Shown here in pieces: positions 18,176 to 27,842 of a DNA stretch of 64,000 nt. The number at the start of each line of letters is the position of its first letter. The stretch's first letter is position 1. Below the pieces are notes generated by a model. It was given only the letters and a program-made list of their open reading frames with translations. It did no database searches and was not told the origin of the DNA. Source of the stretch: Candidatus Peregrinibacteria bacterium (GTDB lineage: Bacteria; Patescibacteriota; Gracilibacteria; UBA1369); contig OY970195.1 of the NCBI GenBank assembly GCA_963708185.1, positions 608,001-672,000 of the forward strand, read 5' to 3'. Both the position numbers and the translations under genes were made by a program.

Positions 18176-19690
18176 ATGTGTGGCATTATCGGTGTTATCG
18201 GCAATAAACAAGCGGCTCAGGAGATTTTCGACGGTCTCACCGTACTCCAGCATCGCGGCCAGGATTCAGCGGGAATCATGACCTATGAGGATCATTTTCA
18301 TTTGAAGAAGGGGAACGGCCTGGTCCGTGACGTCTTCCATACCAAAAACATGATCCGCCTGCGTGGGAATATCGGCATCGGCCACGTGCGTTATCCTACG
18401 GCGGGAAGTTACGATGCCGCTGAAGCGCAACCGTTTTTTGTCAACTCCCCTTTTGGCATCGCTTTGATCCACAACGGGAATCTGACCAACTACAATGAAC
18501 TGAAAAAAGAGGTTTTAACCGTTGACCTGCGCTACCTTAATACCACGTCCGACTCTGAACTCCTGCTCAACGTGGTGGCCCAGTCGATCCGCGATACCCT
18601 GCGGGCGCAAAAAAGAAAATCGCTGAGTCCGGAGATCCTCTTTGATGCCATGAAGCTTGTTTATGCACGTCTGAAAGGAAGCTACTCGGTTATCATGCTC
18701 ATCGCGGGCTACGGATTGATGGCCTTCCGGGATCCTTACGGCATAAGGCCGTTATCTTTCGGAATGCGTAAAGAAGGCATCCTCCCGGAGTATATTTTCG
18801 CTTCTGAAAGCGTCGCGCTGGACACCTTGGGTTACGATCTGGTTTCCGACGTGCAGCCCGGGGAAGTAGTTTTTGTCGACAATCAGCGGAACGTTCACAG
18901 GGAACAGATCACGAAGAAACACTGGGCACCTTGTATTTTCGAACATGTTTACATCGCCAGACCCGATTCGATGCAGGACGGAGTGAGCGTCTACAAGACA
19001 CGTCTTCGCATGGGCATCAAACTGGCCCAGAAGATCAAGAAAGCGAAACTGAAGATCGACGTGGTTGTTCCCGTTCCTGATTCCGCGCGAAGTTCCGCAC
19101 TTTCCCTTGCGCAGGAGCTGGGCATCAAATATCGTGAAGGCTTGGTAAAAAACCGATATATCGGACGGACGTTCATCATGCCGGGCCAGGAGATCAGAAA
19201 GAAATCCATTCACTACAAACTCAACCCCATCAAACTCGAAATCGAGGGACGAAACGTGCTTCTCGTCGATGATTCGATTGTCCGTGGAAACACTTCGAAG
19301 AGGATTATTGAGATGATACGTGAAGCCGGTGCGAAGAAGGTTTATTTTGCTTCCGCGGCTCCTCAGATCGTCAGCCCCTGCGTTTACGGGGTCGACATGC
19401 CGACGAAAAAAGATTTTGTGGCCAATGGCCTGACCGTCGATGAGATATGCAAGGTTATCGGTGCTGACGGACTGTTTTACCAGGATATTGATGATCTCAT
19501 TGAATCTGCTAAAGAGGGTAATCCCAAAATCACCAACTTCTGCTTTGCCTGCATGAGCGGGAAATACCCCACTCCAGAAGTTACCAAGGAGCTTCTTGCC
19601 CATGCCGAATCAGCCAGAGGCAACGTGCATCAGATTGATGCTGAATTGGGAGATGACGCGTCAAAAGACGATCAGCTTTCCCTGATCTAA
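18176..19690 (+). CDS. purF: Amidophosphoribosyltransferase
   Basis: MCGIIG Ntn start, LQHRGQD, GHVRYPT, VDDSIVRG. Confidence 0.98.
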   Translation: MCGIIGVIGNKQAAQEIFDGLTVLQHRGQDSAGIMTYEDHFHLKKGNGLVRDVFHTKNMIRLRGNIGIGHVRYPTAGSYDAAEAQPFFVNSPFGIALIHNGNLTNYNELKKEVLTVDLRYLNTTSDSELLLNVVAQSIRDTLRAQKRKSLSPEILFDAMKLVYARLKGSYSVIMLIAGYGLMAFRDPYGIRPLSFGMRKEGILPEYIFASESVALDTLGYDLVSDVQPGEVVFVDNQRNVHREQITKKHWAPCIFEHVYIARPDSMQDGVSVYKTRLRMGIKLAQKIKKAKLKIDVVVPVPDSARSSALSLAQELGIKYREGLVKNRYIGRTFIMPGQEIRKKSIHYKLNPIKLEIEGRNVLLVDDSIVRGNTSKRIIEMIREAGAKKVYFASAAPQIVSPCVYGVDMPTKKDFVANGLTVDEICKVIGADGLFYQDIDDLIESAKEGNPKITNFCFACMSGKYPTPEVTKELLAHAESARGNVHQIDAELGDDASKDDQLSLI

Positions 19691-19874
19691 TTTTTACTGA
19701 GTTTCCTTTTCCAGAGCCGTAAACACGGGTCTGTTTTGAGATGGATTGTTTTTTGAACTGTAATAGTTTTCATCTGAGGGAGTTAAACACCATGCAAACT
19801 ATAAATTTGCTAATCTGTAACTTTTTTGTTATAATAATAAGATTAAAAAATTCTCATTTTCTCCACTCATTTTT

Positions 19875-21452
19875 ATGAATACAGCACCAAAGCTCCAGCC
19901 AGGCGCAGACGATGAACTTCAGCGAAAAGGATCGGTTCAGCAGCCTGCTGAACAAGAAATTCCGGCAGAAGAGGAAGTCAGTGGCGTCTATACCACCGCT
20001 CCGACAACCAAGGCTCTCAAGAAAAAACTGGAAGCCGAAAAAGCTTTCATGGATGAAATACGCAGTAAAACCGGCTACTTCGACCGAAAAGCGGAAGCAA
20101 TGGAGTACGCCAAGACTCTTGCCGACGATCGGGGCCAGGATGCGTCCGAAAAGTACATGAGGGAATTCGAAAAAGAAGAAGGAGACAAGATCAGAGAATA
20201 CGCCAGAAAAGAAGCTGAAAAATCTCTCGGAGGTAAAGAAGTTTTCTCTTATGAACATGCCGAAGTTCCCCTTTCTCCCGAAGAAAAAGAGGCGAGATCA
20301 AAGAATATCGGTGCTTCGCTTGAAGCATCGATGGGAGAAACCAAAAAATCAATTTTTGAGGTCATTCAGCCTCTCGAAATTGACGCTGCGGACGTACTTA
20401 CCAAAAGCGGCAAAGAGATTCTCGGGGAGAAGCTTGAAAAGAATTTCCTGGGGATCATCGAAAGCGGCGGGAAAAAACCGGTCGCCTATAAAGCTCTTTT
20501 CAATAAAGGTGAAATTGTCGCCATGGGGTCTCCGGGTCTTAAGAAAGCAAACGGAGAGTACCCTGAAAATCGTGACGGGATGGTCATCATGAAAACGAAA
20601 GACGGTCAAGGTCTGCAGATGATCATGACCCACGGCGTGAGCGAAGGTCCTGAGTCAGCGGCTCTGGCGAATACCGCTGCGGTATCTGCCGGATTCGACC
20701 TCAGCAGGATGCATCCTCCGCATCTGACCGACGTCTTCGACCGCACCAACGACATGCTGAACAGCATCAAGCGTGAGCTCAATGTTCCAAAACAGCGTAC
20801 GGCCATTATCGGAGTCACCCTTACCAAAGCCAGCGACAACATTCCGCTCTATAATGTGGAAATCCTCAACGCAGGAGATGCCCACTGTTTTGTCATCGAT
20901 ACCTTAAGCGGCAAGATCGTTCAATCAATCCCAGCGACGGTGGGGGGCGAATTCCAGAAAGCAAAGCTTTCGATGCGAAGACGCAAAGAAATTCTCGACA
21001 AACGGTCGAAACAAACCGGAGCAACTCCCAAACAAATTGAGCAGGTCTTGAGCATGTCCGCAGGAGTCACTTCCGAATTCTTCGACCCAAGGGAAACCGA
21101 CATCCAGGCCGGCCCCGGAGAGATTGTCGTCGTTGCCAGCTCAGACTTCATGAAAGCTTTCGGCGGTCACGAATATTTCCAGGACGGAACCATGGGAAAG
21201 CTTCTCACTGAGAGACTGAAAAAGGGTCAATCATTCGAAAAGATCATGACTCAGATCATGAAAAACGTTCTCCGTCGTCAGAACGACGGAAAGATCGAAG
21301 AACACCCGCTTTCCGTCATTGCTTTCCAGGTTCCCGGGAGTGTCGTTTCGACGGGAAAAACGAAAAAACCGGAACTTACGGTTGAAGAGGTTTTGGGGAA
21401 GACCGTTCGGCCCCTTGAGCTCGATTTTGAAGACCTGAAAGATACAAAATAG
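19875..21452 (+). CDS. Hypothetical protein with degenerate PP2C/PPM-like C-terminal domain
   Basis: Charged helical N-terminus; ENRDG, THGVS, NAGDAH, ASSDF and HPLSVI in PPM motif order. Confidence 0.6.
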   Translation: MNTAPKLQPGADDELQRKGSVQQPAEQEIPAEEEVSGVYTTAPTTKALKKKLEAEKAFMDEIRSKTGYFDRKAEAMEYAKTLADDRGQDASEKYMREFEKEEGDKIREYARKEAEKSLGGKEVFSYEHAEVPLSPEEKEARSKNIGASLEASMGETKKSIFEVIQPLEIDAADVLTKSGKEILGEKLEKNFLGIIESGGKKPVAYKALFNKGEIVAMGSPGLKKANGEYPENRDGMVIMKTKDGQGLQMIMTHGVSEGPESAALANTAAVSAGFDLSRMHPPHLTDVFDRTNDMLNSIKRELNVPKQRTAIIGVTLTKASDNIPLYNVEILNAGDAHCFVIDTLSGKIVQSIPATVGGEFQKAKLSMRRRKEILDKRSKQTGATPKQIEQVLSMSAGVTSEFFDPRETDIQAGPGEIVVVASSDFMKAFGGHEYFQDGTMGKLLTERLKKGQSFEKIMTQIMKNVLRRQNDGKIEEHPLSVIAFQVPGSVVSTGKTKKPELTVEEVLGKTVRPLELDFEDLKDTK

Positions 21453-21552
21453 TATTTCCTGAAGCCGTTGCCAGGCTATTTTAAAGATTATTTGACGTGT
21501 TTAGTGTTTTATGCTATTCTTTGAGACCTTTCCTCTTAAAAGATGGTCTTTT

Positions 21553-22155
21553 ATGGCTAATCCTGAATCTGTACGACCGGGTGACAATGAGGCGGAAGCG
21601 GTTGATGTTGGATCCGTTGTTGAAAGTGGGACCATTCCGCGTCATGAAGAACAAGCGTTATTTTGTTCTCCCGGAGTACGATCACCTCTCATCGATCGAA
21701 TTATGGGTGGGCACTTTGAGGTCAGTGACACGAACGTGAAAGGTTCCGTGGCGAAATGCGGTCACGATGAATTCTGGGATCGCCTCAAAATCTTCAGCTG
21801 CGAGGACGCCAGTATCGTCAACATTCATCAGCGCGCCAGTGAATGCGGTTTGCCGATGCTTTTTCTTGAAGACAAAATCAATTCCAATCCAAAGTCCCTT
21901 CAGGTGGATTACTACAGATTTTTAGGACAGCTGATCGATCTGGTTCTTTTTTATGCTGAAAAAGAACAGGGACGTCAGGAAGCCGTGCGTCCGTTTGGTC
22001 TTTCCAATAAGGAACTTATCGAGCGCGCCCGTGAAGTTGCTGCGATTCTGGGAAGGAAACCCGAGATCCTGGTCAAAATCAAGACTCTAAAACTTGAAGT
22101 GGAATTGCGTATTTCTCAACCCGGGAACGACTCCTCAACCCCAGAGAAAGTTTGA
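21553..22155 (+). CDS. Hypothetical protein
   Basis: About 200-aa ORF with acidic N-terminus; no recognised motif. Confidence 0.6.
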   Translation: MANPESVRPGDNEAEAVDVGSVVESGTIPRHEEQALFCSPGVRSPLIDRIMGGHFEVSDTNVKGSVAKCGHDEFWDRLKIFSCEDASIVNIHQRASECGLPMLFLEDKINSNPKSLQVDYYRFLGQLIDLVLFYAEKEQGRQEAVRPFGLSNKELIERAREVAAILGRKPEILVKIKTLKLEVELRISQPGNDSSTPEKV

Positions 22156-22249
22156 CGTAATAAGGTTTTATCCTATATCTTTCCGTTGAAGTCTGCTATG
22201 GCTTCTTTTTTGTTATCATTTTTGTTATCATTTTTTAATTCCTTGTCCT

Positions 22250-23473
22250 ATGGTGAAAAACTTTACAAAAATCTTTGGGATTGCGGCTATCGGACTTGTT
22301 CTAGCATCAACCCTCAGCGCGTGCGCCGATATCGGCGACGAAGGCATGTCATCCACGCAACAGGATGAAAATATGACCCAGATGCAGACGGTGTCCGACA
22401 GCCAGGCAATGCCTGCCACATCGGAAGGTGATACCATTCAGGTCGGCGCCATTTTTCCGCTCACCGGTGACGGCGCGGCTTACGGCGAACCGATGCAGAA
22501 AGTCGCCCAGATCGCTTTGGATGAAATCAACGCCAACGGAGGCGTCAACGGCAAGAAGCTCGAATTTTTGTGGGAAGACGGGAAATGTAACGGTAACGAT
22601 GCTTCCGCCGCCGCCAACAAACTTATCAATGTGGACAAGGTCCAGATTATTTACGGCGGTTTCTGCAGCAGCGAGACGCTCGCCGTAGCACCGATCGCAG
22701 AGGCCGCGCACGTGGTGGTTCTTTCTCCTGCATCTTCCAGCCCGGACATCACCAATGCCGGCGACTATATCTTCCGCAACTACCCATCCGATGCCACACA
22801 GGGCAAAGTTTTAGCTGAGGGAGCTCAAAAATCCGCCTTCAAGAAGGTCGGCGTCCTTGCGGAACAGAACGATTATACGCTTGGCATCCAGAAGGTTTTC
22901 GAAGACCAGTTCAAACAACTCGGCGGCGATGTTGTCGTCGAAACCTACCTTCCCGACAACAGCGATTTCAGAACTTCCCTCCTGAAACTGAAGTCCGACG
23001 GCGTTGATGCATTGCTTGTCGATCCGCAAACTCCGGCCAAAGCCGACCTCATCTTCAAACAGCTCCAGGAAATGAGCTGGGACGTTAAACTGATGGGGAA
23101 TGACGTTGTTGCCGGATACCAGGATCTCATCAGCAAGTATTCAAAACTTGTTGAAGGGATGATCGTGGCTGAATTCACCTATGACAAAGAAAATCCCGAC
23201 TTCAAAAAACTCGCTTCAAAATATCAGGACATAACGGGCAAAGAACTTCCCTACGGAACCTACGCCAGCACCAGTTACGATGCCGTATACATCGTCAAAG
23301 AGGCGCTTGAAAGCGTTGGAAACAACGCCGATGCGATCAAGGATTATCTCGCCGGCATCCATGACCGTCAGGGTCTCGGAGGCAACCTGACCTTCGATGA
23401 GAACGGTGATCCGAAAGCGGGTCACTCGCTTGAAATCGTCAAAGACGGCAAGGTCGTCGCCTACCAGCAGTAG
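22250..23473 (+). CDS. livK: Branched-chain amino acid ABC transporter substrate-binding lipoprotein
   Basis: Lipobox LSAC; IQVGAIFPLTG, INANGGVNG, GGFCSS; heads the liv operon. Confidence 0.9.
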   Translation: MVKNFTKIFGIAAIGLVLASTLSACADIGDEGMSSTQQDENMTQMQTVSDSQAMPATSEGDTIQVGAIFPLTGDGAAYGEPMQKVAQIALDEINANGGVNGKKLEFLWEDGKCNGNDASAAANKLINVDKVQIIYGGFCSSETLAVAPIAEAAHVVVLSPASSSPDITNAGDYIFRNYPSDATQGKVLAEGAQKSAFKKVGVLAEQNDYTLGIQKVFEDQFKQLGGDVVVETYLPDNSDFRTSLLKLKSDGVDALLVDPQTPAKADLIFKQLQEMSWDVKLMGNDVVAGYQDLISKYSKLVEGMIVAEFTYDKENPDFKKLASKYQDITGKELPYGTYASTSYDAVYIVKEALESVGNNADAIKDYLAGIHDRQGLGGNLTFDENGDPKAGHSLEIVKDGKVVAYQQ

Positions 23474-23496
23474 TCCCGTCCAGAAAAAAGCTTTTC

Positions 23497-23536
23497 AAAA
23501 GAGCCCTTCATGTCCATAATGTGAAGGGCTCTTTTT
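23497..23536 (+). terminator. Intra-operon terminator/stabilising hairpin between livK and livH
   Basis: AAAAGAGCCCTTCA...TGAAGGGCTCTTTTT. Confidence 0.75.
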
Positions 23537-23560
23537 CTGTATCTTCATCCACAAAGACCC

Positions 23561-24463
23561 ATGCTCGATATTCTTCCCCAGGTCGTCTGGTATTCGTTGT
23601 TGGCGACGGCCATCTATACGCTTATTTCGATCGGACTGACGATGACGTTCGGCGTGCTTGGATTCATCAACTTCGCACATGGTGAGATGGCCCTGCTGGG
23701 AGCATACCTTCTTCTGGCTTTCTTGACGTGGCTGCAACTTCCCTTCTGGGTCGCTTTCATTCTTGTGACCGTGATCATGGCTGGCTTTGGCGTTGTCCTT
23801 GAAAAGGTTACGTTCAAGCCGGTGCGAAAAAGCCATCCTTTTAAACCCCTCGTGATCTCGATAGGGATCAGCGCTTTTTTACAATCGTTGGTCATTCTCA
23901 TTTTCGGTGCCGGAGTGACGTCGTATTTTCAGGCGGGGCAAAAAGAAGCCCAGACCTTTTCTTTTTTCAACGGAGATCTCGTCATTACCGACCATCAAAT
24001 CTTGCTGATGGTTGTGTCGGTCATCCTGCTCGCGGCACTTGCCCTTTTTCTTCAATACTCCAAAACCGGGAAATCTTTGCGCGCCGTCGCCGACAATCGT
24101 GAAGTCGCGTCGATCCTGGGCATCAATGTGGACAGAACCGTATCGATTATTTTTGCCATCGGCACCGGCATCGCGGCGATCGCAGGCATGCTCATCGGCG
24201 GGGAACAGAACCTGAATCCCACCATGGGGCTGGAACTCGGCATTTATGCATTTTCCGCCGTCGTGCTTGGTGGAGTCGGCAATGTCTGGGGAGCGCTCGT
24301 GGGAAGTCTCATCATCGGGTTCGCCGAAAACTTTTTGATCGGTTTTACTCCTGTCCCTGCAAGCTATCGTTCCGCGCTGGTTTTTCTTCTTCTGATTATC
24401 GTGCTCATGTTCAAGCCCAACGGGGCCATGGGTGCCACCGCGGACGCCGAAATCCGTAAATAA
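23561..24463 (+). CDS. livH: BCAA ABC transporter permease LivH
   Basis: GLTMTFGVLGFINFAHGE; LGGVG. Confidence 0.95.
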   Translation: MLDILPQVVWYSLLATAIYTLISIGLTMTFGVLGFINFAHGEMALLGAYLLLAFLTWLQLPFWVAFILVTVIMAGFGVVLEKVTFKPVRKSHPFKPLVISIGISAFLQSLVILIFGAGVTSYFQAGQKEAQTFSFFNGDLVITDHQILLMVVSVILLAALALFLQYSKTGKSLRAVADNREVASILGINVDRTVSIIFAIGTGIAAIAGMLIGGEQNLNPTMGLELGIYAFSAVVLGGVGNVWGALVGSLIIGFAENFLIGFTPVPASYRSALVFLLLIIVLMFKPNGAMGATADAEIRK

Positions 24464-24470
24464 TTTCGTT

Positions 24471-25349
24471 ATGCTCGATTATCTCATCCACATCGCCATC
24501 ATGTTTGTCGTCCTGGGCATGCTCACGCTCTGTCTGGATATCATCATCGGTTTCGTGGGCTATCTGAACCTCGGACACGTGGCATTCTGGGCGATCGGTT
24601 CGTACACGTACGCCCTGCTGATGCTTCACGGTCAGTCCTTTTTTGTCTCTATGCTGGCGGCAGGTATCGCCGCAGGCCTGGCCGGCCTAATTCTTGGATT
24701 TCCGACGCTTCGTCTCAAGGGTCACTATATCGCCATCGCTTCGCTCGGGTTCATGTACATTACGACCGCCCTGCTGACCAACCTCAGCGATATCACCCGC
24801 GGCCCTTTGGGGCTTCCGGGCATTCCCCGTCCGGTCATTTTCGGCATCAGTTTTGAAAGCGACTTTTCGTTTCTTCTTCTGACCGTCGGGATTTCTATCG
24901 TCGTCGGAGTTATTCTATATAGAATTCTCCATTCCCCTTTCGGAAAAATCCTCGAAACCATCCGCGAAGACGAGGTCGCCTCCAAAGCCCTGGGCAAAAA
25001 CACTTTTTCCTATAAACTTCAGGCCAATGTTTTGAGCGCTTTCTTTACAGGCATCATCAGCGCTTTGACGGCTTCGTTTTTTCAATACATCAGCCCCACG
25101 GGATTCGGCGTTCCACAAATTATTTTTTTCCTTGCGGCGCTGATGGTGGGAGGTGCCGGATCTTTTTGGGGAGGAATTCTCGGCGCCTTCATCGTTCAGG
25201 GACTGGAGGAAATGAGCCGTTTCGTCCCACTTCCTCCAAACGCCATCGGCCCCGTCCGCACAATGATTTACGCTTTGCTGCTCATCGCCATCATGCTTTA
25301 TCGCCCGAATGGAATTCTCGGCAAGAAAATAAAAACTTTTGACCGTTAA
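24471..25349 (+). CDS. livM: BCAA ABC transporter permease LivM
   Basis: GYLNLGHVAF; LRLKGHYIAIASLGF; IREDEVAS. Confidence 0.95.
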   Translation: MLDYLIHIAIMFVVLGMLTLCLDIIIGFVGYLNLGHVAFWAIGSYTYALLMLHGQSFFVSMLAAGIAAGLAGLILGFPTLRLKGHYIAIASLGFMYITTALLTNLSDITRGPLGLPGIPRPVIFGISFESDFSFLLLTVGISIVVGVILYRILHSPFGKILETIREDEVASKALGKNTFSYKLQANVLSAFFTGIISALTASFFQYISPTGFGVPQIIFFLAALMVGGAGSFWGGILGAFIVQGLEEMSRFVPLPPNAIGPVRTMIYALLLIAIMLYRPNGILGKKIKTFDR

Positions 25350-25354
25350 CGTTC

Positions 25355-26107
25355 ATGAATATTATCCGCGTACAAAATCTGCATAAATCTTTCGGGGGGC
25401 TCCAAGCCATTGATCACTGCAGTTTCAGCGTCGAACGCAACAGCATCACCGGCCTCATCGGTCCGAACGGAGCCGGAAAAACGACAATGTTCGACCTGCT
25501 GAACGGGCTGATGTTTCCGGACGAGGGTCACGTTTTCATCAAGGACCGCAATGTGACCCGTTGGCCGACCCATAAGCGTGCGCGGCTGGGCCTGGCACGG
25601 ACTTTCCAGGCCATCCGGGTTTTTCCGGAACTGACGGCTTTGGAAAATATCATGGTGGCTTTCCGTGAACATCCCGAAAAACTTTACCAATCCTTTTTGC
25701 CGTTCAAAAAGAAACGCCAACAACTCGAGGAAAAGGCAATGGGGTTCCTTCATAAGGTGGGCATCTCCGAAAAAGCACATTTGCTGGCCAGAGATCTTTC
25801 CTACGGACAGCAGAAACTCCTAGAAATCGCCCGATGCATGGCGACCGACGCCGACATTTTTTTACTGGACGAACCGGCGGCGGGCGTCAACCCGACACTT
25901 TTGAATAAAATCAAAACGCTTGTTCTTGATCTTCACAAACAAGGCAAGACGTTATTGATCGTGGAACACAACATGCCCTTTTTGATGTCGATAGCCCATA
26001 CAGTGATCGTTCTGGATTTCGGGAAGGAACTGGCCGTCGGCAAACCTGAAGAAATTCAAAACAATCCGCGCGTCCTCGAGGCCTACCTCGGAAAAAAACA
26101 CGAATAA
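25355..26107 (+). CDS. livG: BCAA ABC transporter ATP-binding LivG
   Basis: GPNGAGKTT, LSYGQQK, LDEPAAG, EAYLG. Confidence 0.95.
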   Translation: MNIIRVQNLHKSFGGLQAIDHCSFSVERNSITGLIGPNGAGKTTMFDLLNGLMFPDEGHVFIKDRNVTRWPTHKRARLGLARTFQAIRVFPELTALENIMVAFREHPEKLYQSFLPFKKKRQQLEEKAMGFLHKVGISEKAHLLARDLSYGQQKLLEIARCMATDADIFLLDEPAAGVNPTLLNKIKTLVLDLHKQGKTLLIVEHNMPFLMSIAHTVIVLDFGKELAVGKPEEIQNNPRVLEAYLGKKHE

Positions 26108-26118
26108 TCATTTTGAAT

Positions 26119-26823
26119 ATGCTCACGATTCAACATCTTACCGCAGGATACGGAGGACCGAATATCCTCCATGACATCAATCTTAACGTTCAAGAAGGTG
26201 AGATCGTCACGATTATCGGCCCAAACGGAGCCGGAAAATCCACGATTCTCAAAAGTATTTTCGGCATGACGAAGATCGACAACGGGACCATGCATTATTT
26301 CGATGAAGACCTGAGCGATCTGCCGACGTCTGAAATCATCGAACGCGGGATCTGCTATGTCCCGCAAGGCCGCACCGTGTTCCCCTCTTTAACGGTTGAG
26401 GAAAACCTCGAAATGGGGGCTTTCATCCGTAAAGACAAGCAGGTTGTCAAAAAAGATCTGCATTCCGTCTATGAAAAATTTCCGCGACTTTATGAACGGA
26501 GACACCAGCATGCCAAGACGCTTTCCGGCGGAGAGCAACAAATGGTAGCAATCGGACGGGCTCTGATGCTCCAGCCGCGGTTGCTGCTCCTCGACGAACC
26601 GTCGATCGGTCTGGCGCCGAAGATCGTCCTCGAAGTTTTTGAAAAATGCCGGGAAATCAAAGCCACCGGGACAGCCATCCTCATGGTGGAACAAAATGCC
26701 ACGCTTGCCCTCGAATATTCCGACCGTGGATACGTTCTCGAACTTGGACGGAATCGTCTCGAAGGTTCTGGAAAAAAACTGCTGGCCGACAAACAGGTCG
26801 GGGAACTTTACCTCGGGAAATAG
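26119..26823 (+). CDS. livF: BCAA ABC transporter ATP-binding LivF
   Basis: GPNGAGKST, LSGGEQQM, LDEPSIGLAP, VEQN. Confidence 0.95.
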   Translation: MLTIQHLTAGYGGPNILHDINLNVQEGEIVTIIGPNGAGKSTILKSIFGMTKIDNGTMHYFDEDLSDLPTSEIIERGICYVPQGRTVFPSLTVEENLEMGAFIRKDKQVVKKDLHSVYEKFPRLYERRHQHAKTLSGGEQQMVAIGRALMLQPRLLLLDEPSIGLAPKIVLEVFEKCREIKATGTAILMVEQNATLALEYSDRGYVLELGRNRLEGSGKKLLADKQVGELYLGK

Positions 26824-26932
26824 TCCTATATTTTTGTTGAGATATTCAACTTTTTTGCGTTTTTTTTGTTCGACGGCACCTGTTTACATATTTACCTTAA
26901 AATATTATAATAATCGACCATAAACAGCCACC

Positions 26933-27775
26933 ATGTCATCAAAAATGCCAAACAAAAACGGCAAGCCGGAAGATACGGTTGAAGACGAATTTGACCGACT
27001 GTTTGATGCAGCGATCGAGCCTTCCGACCGTCCAACGCCCCTTGTTCCCGAACCTCTCCCTCTGAAAGTTGTCAGCGAATCGAATAAACCGACCATTCCA
27101 GCGGACGGCATTGACGTAAAAAGACTTTTTGAATTAACCGATCCGGGCGAAGCCCTCTCTTCAGCACAGAAACAATTAGCTGATGAGGTTCATGGAGTTC
27201 TTTCCGGAACACTCCCGGGACTGAAACCTTCACCAATACCGAGATTTTATGGCCGTAAAGAAGCTAAAAACGGTTCTTCCGATGACACTCCAAGCATCGA
27301 GATCACAGGATCCGATGAAATACCGCTTGCCGATATCGAAGATTCTGATAAAAAGTCTCGAGAAGCTTTGAGCCTGGCGGTTGAGCAGTGCATATCCATC
27401 TATCACGAAATGGACATGAATTTTTCAGCGATCTATGGGCTTTTTCTGCAATTCCGGTGGAAGGACAGGGCCTTAACCGTTCTCGAAGAAAAGCGCGTCG
27501 CTTTCTACTTTTTGCAAGAGCTGACAAACTACCTTTGGGCGTACATTTCGGAGCATAAGACGAACGTGGTTCAGAGCAAACTGGGACTTTTCGCTGAACG
27601 GTGTCTTTATAAAGTGGCGACCGTCCGTAAAGAGAAAATTATCTGCGATGAAGCCGACATTGAACGGCTGACCCTGATCAAAATGATTCTTGATAGCGTC
27701 TCCCCCGACCCTGCTTATCTTCCTATAGCGGAAGCCTTTATTGAAAAAGTTCATATTCTCGGTATTCTCTCCTGA
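26933..27775 (+). CDS. Hypothetical protein (acidic disordered N-half, helical C-half)
   Basis: 280-aa ORF with its own TATAAT upstream. Confidence 0.65.
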   Translation: MSSKMPNKNGKPEDTVEDEFDRLFDAAIEPSDRPTPLVPEPLPLKVVSESNKPTIPADGIDVKRLFELTDPGEALSSAQKQLADEVHGVLSGTLPGLKPSPIPRFYGRKEAKNGSSDDTPSIEITGSDEIPLADIEDSDKKSREALSLAVEQCISIYHEMDMNFSAIYGLFLQFRWKDRALTVLEEKRVAFYFLQELTNYLWAYISEHKTNVVQSKLGLFAERCLYKVATVRKEKIICDEADIERLTLIKMILDSVSPDPAYLPIAEAFIEKVHILGILS

Positions 27776-27842
27776 GTTTCGTCTTGTTTCAGGAGGTTTG
27801 TTTGCCTACACTGACGGTGTATTTTTTAACGAGGTTTTCTCT

